This document shows, piece by piece, positions 12,630-23,641 of a stretch of DNA of 64,000 nt. The notes beneath the pieces are model-generated. The model ran no database searches and had not been told where the DNA came from. It saw nothing but the letters and a program-made list of their open reading frames with translations. The translations under genes were made by a program, and so were the position numbers. Origin of the DNA: Epithemia pelagica (lineage: Eukaryota > Protista > Bacillariophyta). Location of the stretch: the NCBI GenBank assembly GCA_946965045.2, contig OX337238.1, positions 2,356,001 to 2,420,000 on the forward strand. Reading direction: 5' to 3'. Numbering within the stretch: the stretch's first letter is position 1; each line of letters opens with the position of its first letter.

Positions 12630-13934
12630 TTAGTCAGACTCTGACCGTTCATCATCAAGCAAGCTTCGAGACGCCAGCATATTTTCAACTTGTTGGAGAA
12701 CTCGGGGAAGATCCTTGCATGTGCATGCCCACACTTCAATAGAGGTCCCGTCCTCACATGGCTCCACTTCACCTGTTTCCTCATTTGCGTCAAGTAGGAC
12801 AGATCGAAGCCTTTTGCCAAGTAGCACAACCAGCACACTCCAGGCATGTCTTGACTGAGGTAATTCCTTCTCGGTATGGTCCGGGTTCGCTGTGTGCCAA
12901 AGACACAGACACCCCACAACAAAGCGGATAGCTGCTGAAACTAGAGCCGGCTCGGCAATTGTAGGATCTACCACCCCAGATGGCATAGGCTCGGTCGTGA
13001 AGTACCAAAGATGCGAGTTTCGAAAAAGCTTGCATTTGAAGGCCTCTGGGTTGATCGTAAGAGATCCATTCCGGAGCAGCTCTTCTAGAGCTCCAAGTTG
13101 AGAAGTCGGATTACGCTCTTCACCTCCGATATGATCAGTTTTGATTCTCTTGAATCTTGTCTTAAATAGATTGTCAAGGGATTGTTTCTCGCTGCCTTCC
13201 ATCAGCAAATCACGGGCTGCTACAAGTACGCTATGGATGACCGCATCGCCAAAGGGTTTTGAAAGAGTAGAGCCATCTCTGGGGACGACGCCGAGGTCTT
13301 CCGAAACACGAAAGGCATAGGTGAAGTCCATATTGTCGCAAGCGAAAGTTGCGTTGGTGCAGTTATCAACAAACTCAAAGCGCTGATTGAGTCTTCGGGT
13401 CCATCGCTTCCGCGGTTCAAGTTGGGCAGTCGACGGATCCTCGTTGCGATAGTGACCCGCCAAAGCTGCCACCGCGAAAGGAGCATTGGAAACGTCAAGT
13501 AATGTAAGTATAGAAGCTTGACCTTGTCCAAATTCTTGAAAGAGCACATCCTTCCCCTCGCACACGAGCCTTCCGGACTTCGGTCGAGGTAATCCGTGCC
13601 CAGTAACAATTCGGATAGAGCAGCGATCGACCTCCCAGATCCGGTCGACCCCACTTGCCCGAAGACACACAGCCTTAAAATAATCGTGATATCCGCTAGG
13701 AAACCACTTGCTGTCGTTTTGTCGGTGAAAAGCAGCCTCGTTGGCTGATTCCTCGAGCAAATCCGGTTCTTGAATCAGGGTGGGGTTCACGGTAAAATCC
13801 ACACGATCCGGAGGGACGCCCAAAACGAAAGGGAACAGTGCGATTCCATAGACTTGATAACGCTCTTCTATTTTGACAATTCCTTGACCTTCACTGAAGA
13901 TAAGGTGCACGCGGAAATCAGTAGCGGATGCCAT
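12630..13934 (-). CDS. Gene X: uncharacterised 434-aa protein, only intact family member in the window
   Basis: Long intact ATG-started ORF whose motifs are conserved at protein level in two decayed paralogues (3856-4916, 19093-20137), which supports that it is a real gene. No family recognised with confidence. Confidence 0.8.
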   Translation of the reverse strand: MASATDFRVHLIFSEGQGIVKIEERYQVYGIALFPFVLGVPPDRVDFTVNPTLIQEPDLLEESANEAAFHRQNDSKWFPSGYHDYFKAVCLRASGVDRIWEVDRCSIRIVTGHGLPRPKSGRLVCEGKDVLFQEFGQGQASILTLLDVSNAPFAVAALAGHYRNEDPSTAQLEPRKRWTRRLNQRFEFVDNCTNATFACDNMDFTYAFRVSEDLGVVPRDGSTLSKPFGDAVIHSVLVAARDLLMEGSEKQSLDNLFKTRFKRIKTDHIGGEERNPTSQLGALEELLRNGSLTINPEAFKCKLFRNSHLWYFTTEPMPSGVVDPTIAEPALVSAAIRFVVGCLCLWHTANPDHTEKELPQSRHAWSVLVVLLGKRLRSVLLDANEETGEVEPCEDGTSIEVWACTCKDLPRVLQQVENMLASRSLLDDERSESD

Positions 13935-14621
13935 GGCTGCAGTTCTTCAAGAGTCCTCTGAGCAATGCTTGGTTCAGGTTCTTGAAATTTTAGCAACCTC
14001 TCTGTTGAGAATAAGCACTCTCTTCAACGATTCCCCAAATATGCAGGTAGTTCTCCGACTTTCTCGTACTCTCAACATTGGCGTTGCGTCGATCGTCCTG
14101 TGCTCGTCGTGGTCCGGGGTGGTTCACTGAAATTAAACCCTCGAAGCCACCCAGCGATGGAGTAGTGTACTCCCTCTACAATAGAGAAGACTGTGCGTCG
14201 CACTTCGGTCGAGAATTCCTTTACGGAAGCAACCTTCCTCATCCATGCGAGACACACAAACCGCGAGAGTGTAAGCGTTGACAGAAGGACGACTAGATGA
14301 CAATAGACAATGGACAGAGTGGACAACGATGAACAGTTCAACTTTTGCGCCGAGCGACAAGCAATTCGTTGGCACTAGCTACGTAGTCTTGAAAAGTACC
14401 TTATGTCCTGCAAATTTTCTCTCAAACCGCAAACCACAGAAGATGAGAAATGCGAAACTTCCAGAGGCGGTGACGCGCGTCGGCCACAACGAGACGTCTC
14501 GTCTCTCGTCGTGTTCCAATTCTCTCGAGTTTTGAGGAGAACCGCAGAATTGGCCAGTCCAACAGTCCGTAGGTAGACACTCATTACTCATTTGCCACAA
14601 CGCCAAAGCGCTGCATTTATC

Positions 14622-17099
14622 ATGGTAATGATCCAAGAAGAAGCACTCTTATCGGGCCTTGCCTTTCGTGGCTGTGACAAACACACGAAACCAAAATGGA
14701 ATTCTTCCAAATGGCCACCGTTTTTGGATGGAGGCCGAGACGACTATGCGTCTGTAGTCGTGGATCATGCGGAGAAGCAACACCAAACGGTCGTGGTTAT
14801 CGCAGGAGTAGATGAGGCTGATGGAACCAACTGCGTTTGTCTCTTAAATGTTGGAGAAGAAACCAAGAAGTGGCGAAAAGGGCCGGCATTGAATGGACCG
14901 AGAACTAATCATGCAGCAGTGGTCTGCAATGGAGGAGTCTATGCAATAGGAGGATATAACGATCGCAAGAAACTGGACACCATCGAACGAATTGATGTTG
15001 AAGATTTGCTTCAAGTTCCATCATCGAACAACTCCAAGAAATGGACTACTTTGAACTGTCGCTTGTCCACTGAAAGAGATGACTCGCCAGGTGCTGCAGC
15101 AGTACATAATCGATTCATTGTTGTTGCAGGCGGTCAGAATAGTGCATGGGAAGTCTTGTCGTCGGTTGACATAATTGATACCACAATGAAAGACCAACAT
15201 ACAGTCATTGCCGGGCCCTCCTTGAGTGTTCCACGCTGCTTTTGTGGAATGGCTGCGATTGGGAGTTGTCTTTATGTGGTTGGTGGAGGCAGTAACAAGA
15301 AGAATGAACTACTCGACTCGGTCGAGTATTTGGAATTTACGTGCAGTGAAAATGCCAGCTCCCTTTTCCCCTCTACGTCCAGTTGGACAATCCACGAGAC
15401 CCTTGTTTTACCCGAGCCACTGAGCGTTAATGCTGTCGCAAAGGTGGGAAAGTGTATGATTGTGGCTGGAACTGAAGACAATGTTTTAGTGCAAGTATTG
15501 GACACACAACGCAATGTGGTATGGAGCCTTCCCACGTGTGGAGACGGAGACGATGACTACTGCACCATGGTTTCCACGTCCAGGGGGATTATGGCTATTG
15601 CATACGATGGAACATCCACTACCATACCATTGGTTAGTGAACGCGATGCCTCGATCCCCGTAGACGTTTCCAACAAGCTTGCACCAGAGATCTCTATCCC
15701 AATAGACTTTTACAACATGCTTGTGGAAATCGGCGATGGTGATGATGAAGATATAATTTTCAAGGTCCATGATTTAGCATTGCTTATCTCGAATGTGCAC
15801 GAATTGAAGATATTCTGCACGTTTCTCAATTATCTCCGTCGTACTTCTCAGGTCGATAACAAAGATTGGCAACGCTACATGTTGAAAGCGTTGAAGGAGA
15901 TGGCTAAGACTACAGACAGTATGAATCATGACGATCGCACAATATTTGGACTGGTCATAAACAACTGTTGTCGTGATAAAGTCAAAATTGACGCTTGCAG
16001 AGTGCAACATCCAGTTTCTGGTTCTTCGTCGTCCAAGACTTGGTCCTCGGAAGTTGACTTTCGGAAACAACTGGCAAAGATTGATATTCGAGTCGGAGTC
16101 ATTCATCCTCACTCGAATGGTAGTCCAAGTCTATGCAGGGAAGATAGATCGGACTGCAACGACCATGATTTTCTTGACAGATGCAAAAAGTTGGGTTGCT
16201 CTGTAAAGGAAATGCGTAAAGCATTGGAGCAACAGAACTACAAGACAGCTGCAGTGGCTGCGATCTGCTCTGTTTTGAACGCATTGTCATTTGATACTGT
16301 CTGGCATGAGGATTGTGGGCGTCATGTGGTCTCCCAGTCTGCACTTTGTCAGATTGTTGATTTTGGCGATGTGACTCATATCTGTTCTATTGTGGATCAA
16401 ATTGGTGACAAGTTGCTCCAGGATGCTTGTGATGTGGGACGCTCGATTATCCAGAGGGCCTCGGTGTCATCAGTGTCTGATCCAAGCGAGCAACAGGGAG
16501 TTGATTTGGTGACAGCTTTGGGTCTTTTGGCGAATGAATCGAAAAAGTTGAAGGAGAGTGCAGGTCACGATGAAGCCGTTACAGTGTTGGCCCTAGTTGT
16601 GACGGCAGCCTTGTGTTGTAATCAAGACGGTACACTATCAATCCTCGACATGGATTCGGGGCCTGGTCCATCCTCCACGTCCTTGCTGGCCCACAAGTCC
16701 GGCACTATCTCAACCACTCCCATGGTGGATGGGGCATCCACACCTTTCGATGATGATAGTATTCGTGGTGCTAATCAGGTAGAGGAACGGCTCAGTTTGC
16801 AGGGACAGCATGAGTCGAAACTGAAACATTGAGATAGAATGTGTCCCGAAGAAAACGACGAAATGGGGGCGAGAAAAATGGTACCTGGAACGATTGATCG
16901 AGCGGGTCCGCTTGAGAAGCAGAGTGCACAAGCCAGAGCTGATGAGGCCAACAACAACAACGATATGATGGTCCTGGAACTGAAGGGAATGATGATGGAC
17001 CTCAAGGACAGGATGCTTTAATTATCCCATCGAATTGATGGTATGGAACATGGCGAAGCACAGGATCGAAAGAAACGAAAAAGATTGAATATGAACTGA
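14622..17099 (+). CDS. Kelch + helical-domain protein K3; ORF stops at 16832, ancestral frame continues to 17099 through two nonsense codons
   Basis: ORF 14592-16832 with Kelch blades and helical domain. TGA at 16830 (TGC in K2) and TAA at 17019 (CAA in K2/K4) remove the terminal coiled coil and RKKRKR motif. Confidence 0.8.
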
Positions 17100-17446
17100 G
17101 TGATTGTCGAGTGAACATGCTTATACTGAAGCCGTATCGGCTGTGCTCAAGAACGATATGGAGATATTTCAGAACGCTCCATAGTGTGGCATGTGGAAAA
17201 GATACCCTGAGGGCCCATTCTATCGACGCGCAAAAGCGCGAGTTTGTTGCTCATGCTCACCAAAATTTCTTCCAAATCGCGTCGCGCTTTTACAGCCCAT
17301 TCTCGAGTCTTTTCTGGATCACTGCTTCGCAGCAAAACCCCCATAACCATGACGATTGACATCAGAAATCAGAACAGCAACGTACGATCCAAACTAGTTG
17401 CTGCAGCCTACCATACCATAGTAATTGCAAAAAGCACATTTGGAGA

Positions 17447-19069
17447 ATGGAGGAGACAGTTGTGTTGGACGAACTTGAATACGATGAGTCATTTGGCGAA
17501 TGGTCTCTCGATGAAGAAACGCTCAAGCTGATGAGACCTGAGGAAATTGCCAAGCTATCGCCGCTTCATCAACACTACGTGGCCCCTTTGTCGTTTCTCG
17601 TAGATGCTGTGCACTCGGGAAACTCCTTCAACATCACTAGTACGTGCGCACCTTTTGGAAACAATCTTGAGGCCTACGTTGCCAGTGCTACGAAAGCATT
17701 CTTGAAGTGATTCTCCAGACAAGAAAAGCATGCGTCGAGAAGCGGAGAAAGAATGATCTGCCTTGGCGCTCGACAGTGTTTATCATCCGCGGGTCTTCTG
17801 GGATTGGGAAATCAACATTTCTAGCCTATTTTGTGGGCCGTGCTCGCTCGGGTGGAGACTTTTCTAAAATCGCTCTATTCTACAGTTCCAAGACCTCCAT
17901 GGCGAGAACGGGCCGACCAATCCTATCCGAAACGGAGTGTTATGTTGTGCTGAATGGTGAAACGGTGGTGAAGGGAAAATATGATAATGTGCGGAATGAG
18001 TTGGATAAATATAATCCCAATATCGATCTCATTATCATGGATGGCTGTTCCATGCCCTTCGATCTGAGCAGATTCACTGGCACAGTGGTTGTCGCTGTGT
18101 CGCCGGGCTTGTACGTGAATAATCTCATAGATTCCATCGTTGATCATTATTTGTTGACGATGCCTCCATTGCTGGACGAAGAAGCGCTGGAGATCGGCAA
18201 CATGCTAGGAGTGGACGAATCTGTGGTACGAGGAAATTTGGAGCACATGACAGGAATTACCCTGTATCTTTTTGAGCCTGGCCTTGCGAAACGAAAAGTC
18301 TTAAAGGTTGTAGATGAGGTCAATGCGTCCCGCATCACAAGGATGGTATCAATGCAGACATCAGACTGGGCCGAGACTCTCTTGTTTTATGGAAGGCTGA
18401 CAATGATTTTACGGCGACCTCCAGCTTCGAGTTGGTTTCAGGCTACGCGAAAAGGTTAGTGGCCAAAAAACTTTGTCTCGAGTCTGCGGCCGAGCTGAAG
18501 AGTGCAATGCAGGATATGGACCACTCTCGGGGGCCGAAGCGTATGCAGACGCTCTCTTTGAGGCATACGCTATTCGAACGATACAAGGAGGATGTACTCT
18601 TGACATGCGTTCTCTCGGAGATGGCAAGACGGTCAAAACACTTTGTATCCCACCCTTCAGCGCAGATCCAACCATAGTTGAAAGCAACGATCTGACAGAA
18701 ACCATTGTGCCTTATGACGATGTTCGCGTCTTGGACTCAGAGTCTGGTCAGTTTTCACCGCGTCTCCTGTGGCCCACTACGACCAACTTTCCATCGTTTG
18801 ATTGTTTCTACTTCCATACTACCGGCGAGGTATTTCCGCTGCTCATGACTATTGCAAGAGTCCACGACTTACAGAATAGTGGCGCTGCGAAGACCAAACG
18901 CTACTTGGACGCAATGCTCGGATCTCACAGGCCCAAACAGTATCCGGCTGTGTTCGTGGTGCCGACCGACATTGCTGAAAGATTCACGAAGCAGAAGTTC
19001 ACCGGGCCAGTCAACAAAGAGAAAGCAGACTATGCGCCTTATTTTGAACAATGGGTCGTGGGACTTTGA
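17447..19069 (+). pseudogene. Crinkler/RHS-like NTPase-REase, copy 2 (three 1-bp deletions)
   Basis: Near-identical to 2210-3832. Single-base deletions relative to copy 1 near 17685, 18375 and 18518 split it into ORFs 17447-17710, 17707-18459, 18432-18677 and 18473-19069. Confidence 0.75.
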
Positions 19070-19092
19070 TGCAGTTTGAGGCATCTACCGTC

Positions 19093-20137
19093 TTAGGGTA
19101 TACATTTGTTGTATCGCTTCTCATTGCCATCCATACATTACGCACTAGGTAGTCGATAGGGTAAATTGACATGTCATCGTCGCCCTCGAATAGCACCAGC
19201 GGCCTATCCATCATCATATACCATTTGCCTTGACGACGGAACATTTCGCACTCGAAGGATTCTATCTTTACGGGTAGGACTCCAGATCAGACGAGATGCT
19301 CCAACCCGCTTAGGTCATTTGCGTATGCTAGTGGTATGTCCGCATTTGGTCCTCAGTATGATCTCTTGACCGAGTTGTATCTTTTGAGCAAGAATTCGCG
19401 AAGACTGTCTTCCTCTGGCTCGGCAAGAAGTCGTTTTACTGCCGCAAGTAACCAAATCGCGAATGGGGACTGACATGAAAATCCAATCTGATTCATTTTC
19501 ATCGTTGTCGTCTTGGTCCTCAAATCCGATTCGAAAAGGCCATGTTGAATCGTTTACGTCAAAAACACTTGAAAGACCAACATGTGACGAAGCAAAATAT
19601 TTGTTTCGATTGAATTTCTTCGGATTGCCAGCAGGGAAAGTTCGGTCGAAACAAGCAGTGGCAAAGTAAGTGGAAGCTTTTAATATCAAGCACAGTAAGT
19701 ACAGAGGCGTTGGGTCCCAATTCATCCGCGGCCACAACCTATTCCCCTCAGAATATAACGCTGCCTCCGTTCTGGTGGTTGTACAAGCCGTGTGTCCCGA
19801 TATAAAGCGCAGCGTACACGCGGGGAAATCTAAGATACGATCCATTCTTCACAACGGCGGCAAAGTTTGTACGCATGGTAACCCTTGGGTAGCCAAGGAA
19901 TGTTCTGATTCGCTTATGTTTCAAACAATGTTCTGACGTTGTCAATTGTTGAATCACTCAGCTCGAGGAAAGGTTTGTTCCAAAATAAATTCACTTGACC
20001 GGCTGGAACGCCAAGCACGAACGGAGGCAGTGCAAAAGCGTAGAATTTTCAAAGATCTTTGACTCCTTTGTCGAGACCATGGCTGTAAATCAATTGCACG
20101 GACACACATTGTCTAATGAATTCGGAGCAGACGACAT
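19093..20137 (-). pseudogene. Decayed paralogue of gene X, copy 2
   Basis: Near-identical to 3856-4916. ORF 19315-19845 contains ACTLRFISGHT (cf. RCSIRIVTGHG), DSTWPFRIGFED and VPIRDLVT (cf. VAARDLLM). Confidence 0.75.
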
Positions 20138-20629
20138 GTGGTCGATGGTGAAGGAGAGAGGACGACGGACCTACGGCAGTAGACGGACTATGGAGAGACC
20201 GTCTTGATTGGGATGCGATGGAGTAGTGTACTCCCTCGCAACTTTTCATCGCACTTCGCTAGAGAAAGCAAGACCTTCCTAGACTTACAAACCGCGAGAG
20301 CGTAATCATTGACAGAAGGAAAGGGCCGACAACGACAATGGACAGAGATGGACAACGATGACCAGTTCAACTTTTACGCCGCGCGACAAGCCATTCGCTG
20401 GCAGTCTTGAAAAGCACCTTATCCTGCAAATTTTCTCTCAAACCGCAAACCACAGAAGATGAGAAATGCGAAACTTCCAGTCGGTGACGCGCGTCGGCCA
20501 CAACGCGACGTTTCGGCGTGGTCCAATTCTCTCGAGTTTTGAGGAGAACCGCAGAATTGGCCAGTCCACCAGTCCGAAGGTAGACACTCATAACTCAATT
20601 TGCCACAACGCCAAAGCGCTGCATCTATC

Positions 20630-23182
20630 ATGGCAACGATCCAAGAAGAAGCACTCTTATCGGGCCTTGCCTTTCGTGGCTGTGACGATGACACGAAACC
20701 AAAATGGAATTCTTCCAAATGGCCACCGTTTTTGGATGGAGACCGAGAACACTATGCTTCCGTAGTCGTGGATCATGCGGAGAAGCAACACCAAACCGTC
20801 GTGGTTATCGGAGGAGAAGACGATGATTATGAAACAATAGATAGCGTTTTTCTCTTAAATGTTGGAGAAGAAACCAAGAAGTGGCGAAAAGGGCCGGCAT
20901 TGAATGGACCGAGAAGTTCCCATGCAGCAGTGGTCTGCAATGGTGGGCTTTATGTAATAGGAGGGTACGATGATCAGAAAAAGTTGGACACCATCGAACG
21001 AATTGATGTTGAAGATTTACTTCAAGTACCACCATCGAACAACTCCAAGAACTGGACTACTCTGAAGTGTCGCTTGTCCACTGAAAGAGATGACTGGCCA
21101 GGTGCTGCAGCAGTACATAATCGATTCATTGTTGTCGCAGGTGGTCGCAATAGTGCATCGGGAGTCTTGTCGTCAGTTGACATAATTGATACCACAGTGA
21201 AAGACCAACATACAGTCATTGCCGGGCCCTCCTTGAGTGTTCCACGCTGCTGTTGTGGAATGGCTGCGATTGGGAGTTGTCTTTATGTGGTTGGTGGAGG
21301 CGGTAGTAAGAAGAATGAACCAGGCGACTCGGTCGAGTATTTGGAATTTACGTGCAGTGAAAATGCAAGCTCCCTTTTCCCCTCTGGACGTTGGACAATC
21401 CACGAGACCCTTGATTTACCAAAGACACTGACCGTTCATGCCGTCGCAAAGGTGGGAAAGTGTATGATTGTGGCTGGAATCGAAAGAAATTTTTTAGTGC
21501 AAATATTGGACACACAACGTAATGTGGTATGGAGCCTTCCTACTCCTACGTGTGAAGAGGGAGACGGTGACTACTACACCATGGTTGCCACGTCCATGGA
21601 GATTATTGCAATTGCATACGATGGAACATCCACTACCATGCCATTGGTTAGTGAAGGAGATGTCTCGAACCCTGTAGACGTTTCCAACAAGCTTGCACCA
21701 GAGATCTCCATCCCAATAGACTTTTACACCAAGCTTGTGGAAATTGACGATGCTGATGATGAAGATATAATTTTCAAGGTCCATGATTTGGCATTGCTTA
21801 TCTCAAATGTGCACGAATTGAAGATATTCTGCACGTTTCTCAATTATCTCTCTCGCACTTCTCAAGTCGATAACAAAGATTGGCAACGCTACATGTTGAA
21901 AGCGTTGAAGGAGATGGCTAAGACTACAGACAGTATGAATCATGACGATCGCACAATATTTGGACTGGTCATAAACAACTGTTGTCGTGATAAAGTCAAA
22001 ATTGACGCTCACAGAGTGCAACATCCAGTTTCTGGTTCCTCGTCGTGCAAGACTTTGTCCTCCGAAGTTGACTTTCGAAAACAACTGGCAAAGATTGATA
22101 TTCGAGTCGGAGTCATTCATCCTCACTCGAATGGTAGTCCAAGTCTATGCAGGGAAGATAGATCGGACTGCAACGACCATGATTTTCTTGATAGATGCAA
22201 AAAGTTGGGTTGGTCTGTAAAGGAAATGCGTAAAGCATTGGAGCAACAGAACTGCAAGACAGCTGCAGTGGCTGCGATCTGCTCTGTTTTGAACGCATTG
22301 TCATTTGATACTGTCTGGCATGAGGATTGTGGGCGTCATGTGGTCTCCCAGTCTGCACTTTGTCAGATTGTTGATTTTGGCGATGTGGCTCATATCTGTT
22401 CTATTGTGGATCTTGTTGGTGACAAGTTGCTCCAGGATGCTTGTGATGTGGGACGCTCGATTATCCAGAGGGCCTCGGTATCATCAGTGTCTGATCCCAG
22501 CCAACAACAGGAAGTTGATTTGGTGACAGCGTTGGGTCTTTTGGCGAATGAAACGAAAAAGTTGAAGGAGAATGCAGGTCACAATGAAGCCGTTACAGTG
22601 TTGGCCCTAGTTGTGACGGCATCCTTGTGTTGCATTCAAGACGGTACACTGTCAATCCTCGACATGGACTCGGTTGAACACGGTCGTAATGGTCGGTATG
22701 ACCGGTACAATCCTCGTAATCCAGAGCCGTCACTCTACCATGTTTTCAATGGTCCATCCTCCAAGTCATTGCTGGCCAGCAAGTCCGGCACTATCTCAAC
22801 CACTCACAGGGTGGATGGGGCATCCACACCTTTTGGCGATGATAGTATTCGTGGTGCTAATCAGGTAGAGGAACGATTCAGTATGCACGGACAGCATGAG
22901 AAGAAACTGAAACATTACAGTGGCTCGCGTCCCGAAGAAAACGACGAAATGGGGGCGAGGAAAATGGTACCGGGAAGGGGTCCGCTTGAGAAGCAGAGTG
23001 CACAAGCCAAAGCTGACGAGAACAACAACAACAACAACAAGAGTGATTTCATGGTCCTGGAACTCAAGGGAATGATGACGGACCTCAAGAACAGGGTTCT
23101 TCAATTATCTGATCGAATTGACGGTATGGAACATGGCGAAGCACAGGATCGAAAGAAACGAACAAGATTGAATATGAACTGA
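20630..23182 (+). CDS. Intact Kelch-repeat + helical-domain + coiled-coil/NLS protein K4 (~850 aa)
   Basis: Uninterrupted ORF; six Kelch-like blades, helical domain, C-terminal MVLELKGMMTDLKNRVLQLSDRIDGME coiled coil and DRKKRTRLNMN basic motif. Confidence 0.9.
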   Translation: MATIQEEALLSGLAFRGCDDDTKPKWNSSKWPPFLDGDREHYASVVVDHAEKQHQTVVVIGGEDDDYETIDSVFLLNVGEETKKWRKGPALNGPRSSHAAVVCNGGLYVIGGYDDQKKLDTIERIDVEDLLQVPPSNNSKNWTTLKCRLSTERDDWPGAAAVHNRFIVVAGGRNSASGVLSSVDIIDTTVKDQHTVIAGPSLSVPRCCCGMAAIGSCLYVVGGGGSKKNEPGDSVEYLEFTCSENASSLFPSGRWTIHETLDLPKTLTVHAVAKVGKCMIVAGIERNFLVQILDTQRNVVWSLPTPTCEEGDGDYYTMVATSMEIIAIAYDGTSTTMPLVSEGDVSNPVDVSNKLAPEISIPIDFYTKLVEIDDADDEDIIFKVHDLALLISNVHELKIFCTFLNYLSRTSQVDNKDWQRYMLKALKEMAKTTDSMNHDDRTIFGLVINNCCRDKVKIDAHRVQHPVSGSSSCKTLSSEVDFRKQLAKIDIRVGVIHPHSNGSPSLCREDRSDCNDHDFLDRCKKLGWSVKEMRKALEQQNCKTAAVAAICSVLNALSFDTVWHEDCGRHVVSQSALCQIVDFGDVAHICSIVDLVGDKLLQDACDVGRSIIQRASVSSVSDPSQQQEVDLVTALGLLANETKKLKENAGHNEAVTVLALVVTASLCCIQDGTLSILDMDSVEHGRNGRYDRYNPRNPEPSLYHVFNGPSSKSLLASKSGTISTTHRVDGASTPFGDDSIRGANQVEERFSMHGQHEKKLKHYSGSRPEENDEMGARKMVPGRGPLEKQSAQAKADENNNNNNKSDFMVLELKGMMTDLKNRVLQLSDRIDGMEHGEAQDRKKRTRLNMN

Positions 23183-23641
23183 GTGATTCCGTCCCCTGAA
23201 CATGCATAGACTGAAGTCGTATCGGCTGTGCACAATCGCTTGGGCGACATAAAGATGATTATCAACAGTCAATGTAGAGAGTAGTATCAATACTGAGCAT
23301 ACAATCCCCTACGAAATGTAGAATACAGGAGTAGTAATGCTTTTTACAGGTAGCTCCGTGTCATGCAGATTACAAAGCTGAAGCGGTTTAATGACAGATC
23401 CATTATTTGACAATAAACATCGAACATATATCGAAACGCTCCGTAGTGTGGCATGTGGAAAAGATACCCTGAGAGCCATTGAATCTCGAGAAGCATCTCT
23501 GTCACAACAACTCTTCACAGGAACCTGCTTGCACCGACGACCAAGTGATAAGCGATCGAACAAGAACCAGCGGACAATTCAGATTGTCATAGAGCAACTC
23601 TCATCAAAGGGAAAGAGGACAATAGGAACCCAAACGCAAAA

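Noticed and set aside
2627-17021. Alternative genetic code or systematic readthrough suggested by many in-frame stops without frameshifts (CRN copy 1, K1, K3, also K5)
   Set aside because: The stops replace different amino acids (Lys, Glu, Cys, Gln, Leu) and use all three codons, while intact genes terminate normally at TAA, TAG and TGA; ordinary nonsense mutation fits better.
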